From positions 6,262,001 to 6,326,000 of the forward strand of contig CM068748.1 of NCBI GenBank assembly GCA_035084275.1: a stretch of DNA of 64,000 nt. The letters are read 5' to 3'. The notes below the pieces were generated by a model. The model was not told the origin of the DNA. It made no database searches and was given only the letters and a program-made list of their open reading frames with translations. Positions within the stretch are counted from its first letter, which is position 1. Each line of letters starts with the position of its first letter. This document shows, piece after piece, positions 63,133-64,000 of this stretch. This DNA comes from Hydrolagus colliei. Taxonomy: Eukaryota. Made by a program: the position numbers and the translations under genes.

Positions 63133-64000
63133 ATTGTTCTTTTTGATTGTGTGCACTTTACTTCCTTGGTTACTACTTATGGCTATTTGCTAAAATGGTG
63201 TATAACATGGGTGAAAACATCAGAAACACCAGTAATATAGTATAAAGAGGTGTGCTGTTAATCATGGTCACTATTTACTCTATTGGCCTTCACTGGAAAT
63301 TATTCCACAAGTTAACTTTCCTCAGTGTAGAATAATCTGTTTATTTCAACCTCACCCTCCTGAATTTGAGATTGTGACATTTTATGGAGTACTTCTCTCC
63401 ATGGAATACAGAATTGCAATCCAGGTTCTCTGTACTCTTTTATATTTTCTCAAAAAATTATATGAGAGTTGAAACGTGTATTCAGTGTGTGTAGAGTAAT
63501 ATCTATTTTTAAATTGATGTTTAAAGCTCTAATAATCAATTTCCTTCATAAAAAAATAAATTGACACAAGAATTTATGTTTTTCCTCAGTTTTATTTTCA
63601 GGACTCTAGTTAAACTAGGCGTTCCTCTTTAATCTTTATTGCTTAAATTATTCGGTCACAGAAATCTGGAAACAGAAAATGTTCTCTTTTGTATCCACTG
63701 AGCCAAGCTAGGTCAATATAATTAGGGTTTTGCAGCTGCCTGCATCTCCTATAAGCAGCATGCCAGAGTACGACAGAGATGTCTCTAATGGTTACATTGG
63801 GAATTAAACACAAAAGGAAGCATCTCTGCAACATTTTGTGAGTTCACCCCTGCAGTGTGTCAAGCGTAACTATTTCTCATTTTGAAATCGATTCGGGTAA
63901 GATTAGGTGTATTTTTAAAATCCGAAGATAGTAAAGCTAGTCCTGTTTCTAAAATCTATTTTAGTAAGATTAAATACAAACCACTGTACATCAGATGCAT

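Overview
AT-rich, repeat-dense vertebrate DNA. The mix of CR1 and L2 LINEs, Deu-domain and tRNA-derived SINEs, and Penelope-type ends points to a cartilaginous fish (chimaera or shark; inference from remembered repeat consensus, not a search). No host protein-coding exon could be identified, so the window is probably intronic or intergenic; there are two weak candidate first exons on the minus strand (51329-51353, 11851-11905). The only clear ORFs belong to two ~99% identical young CR1 copies (32789-34637, 37881-38779). Best finding: a ~100-nt retroelement built around a minimal type-I hammerhead ribozyme with a palindromic helix III. It has inserted three times, each with a 12-16 bp target-site duplication, once as a 98-bp inverted pair, and several very decayed Penelope-like ORF fossils lie nearby. 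Also present: a non-autonomous Helitron with canonical ends, an LF-SINE-like element with a possible antisense 72-nt exon, a perfect 143-bp inverted duplication, and nested or module-swapped SINEs. All homology calls were made by eye, and boundaries of old fossils are approximate.
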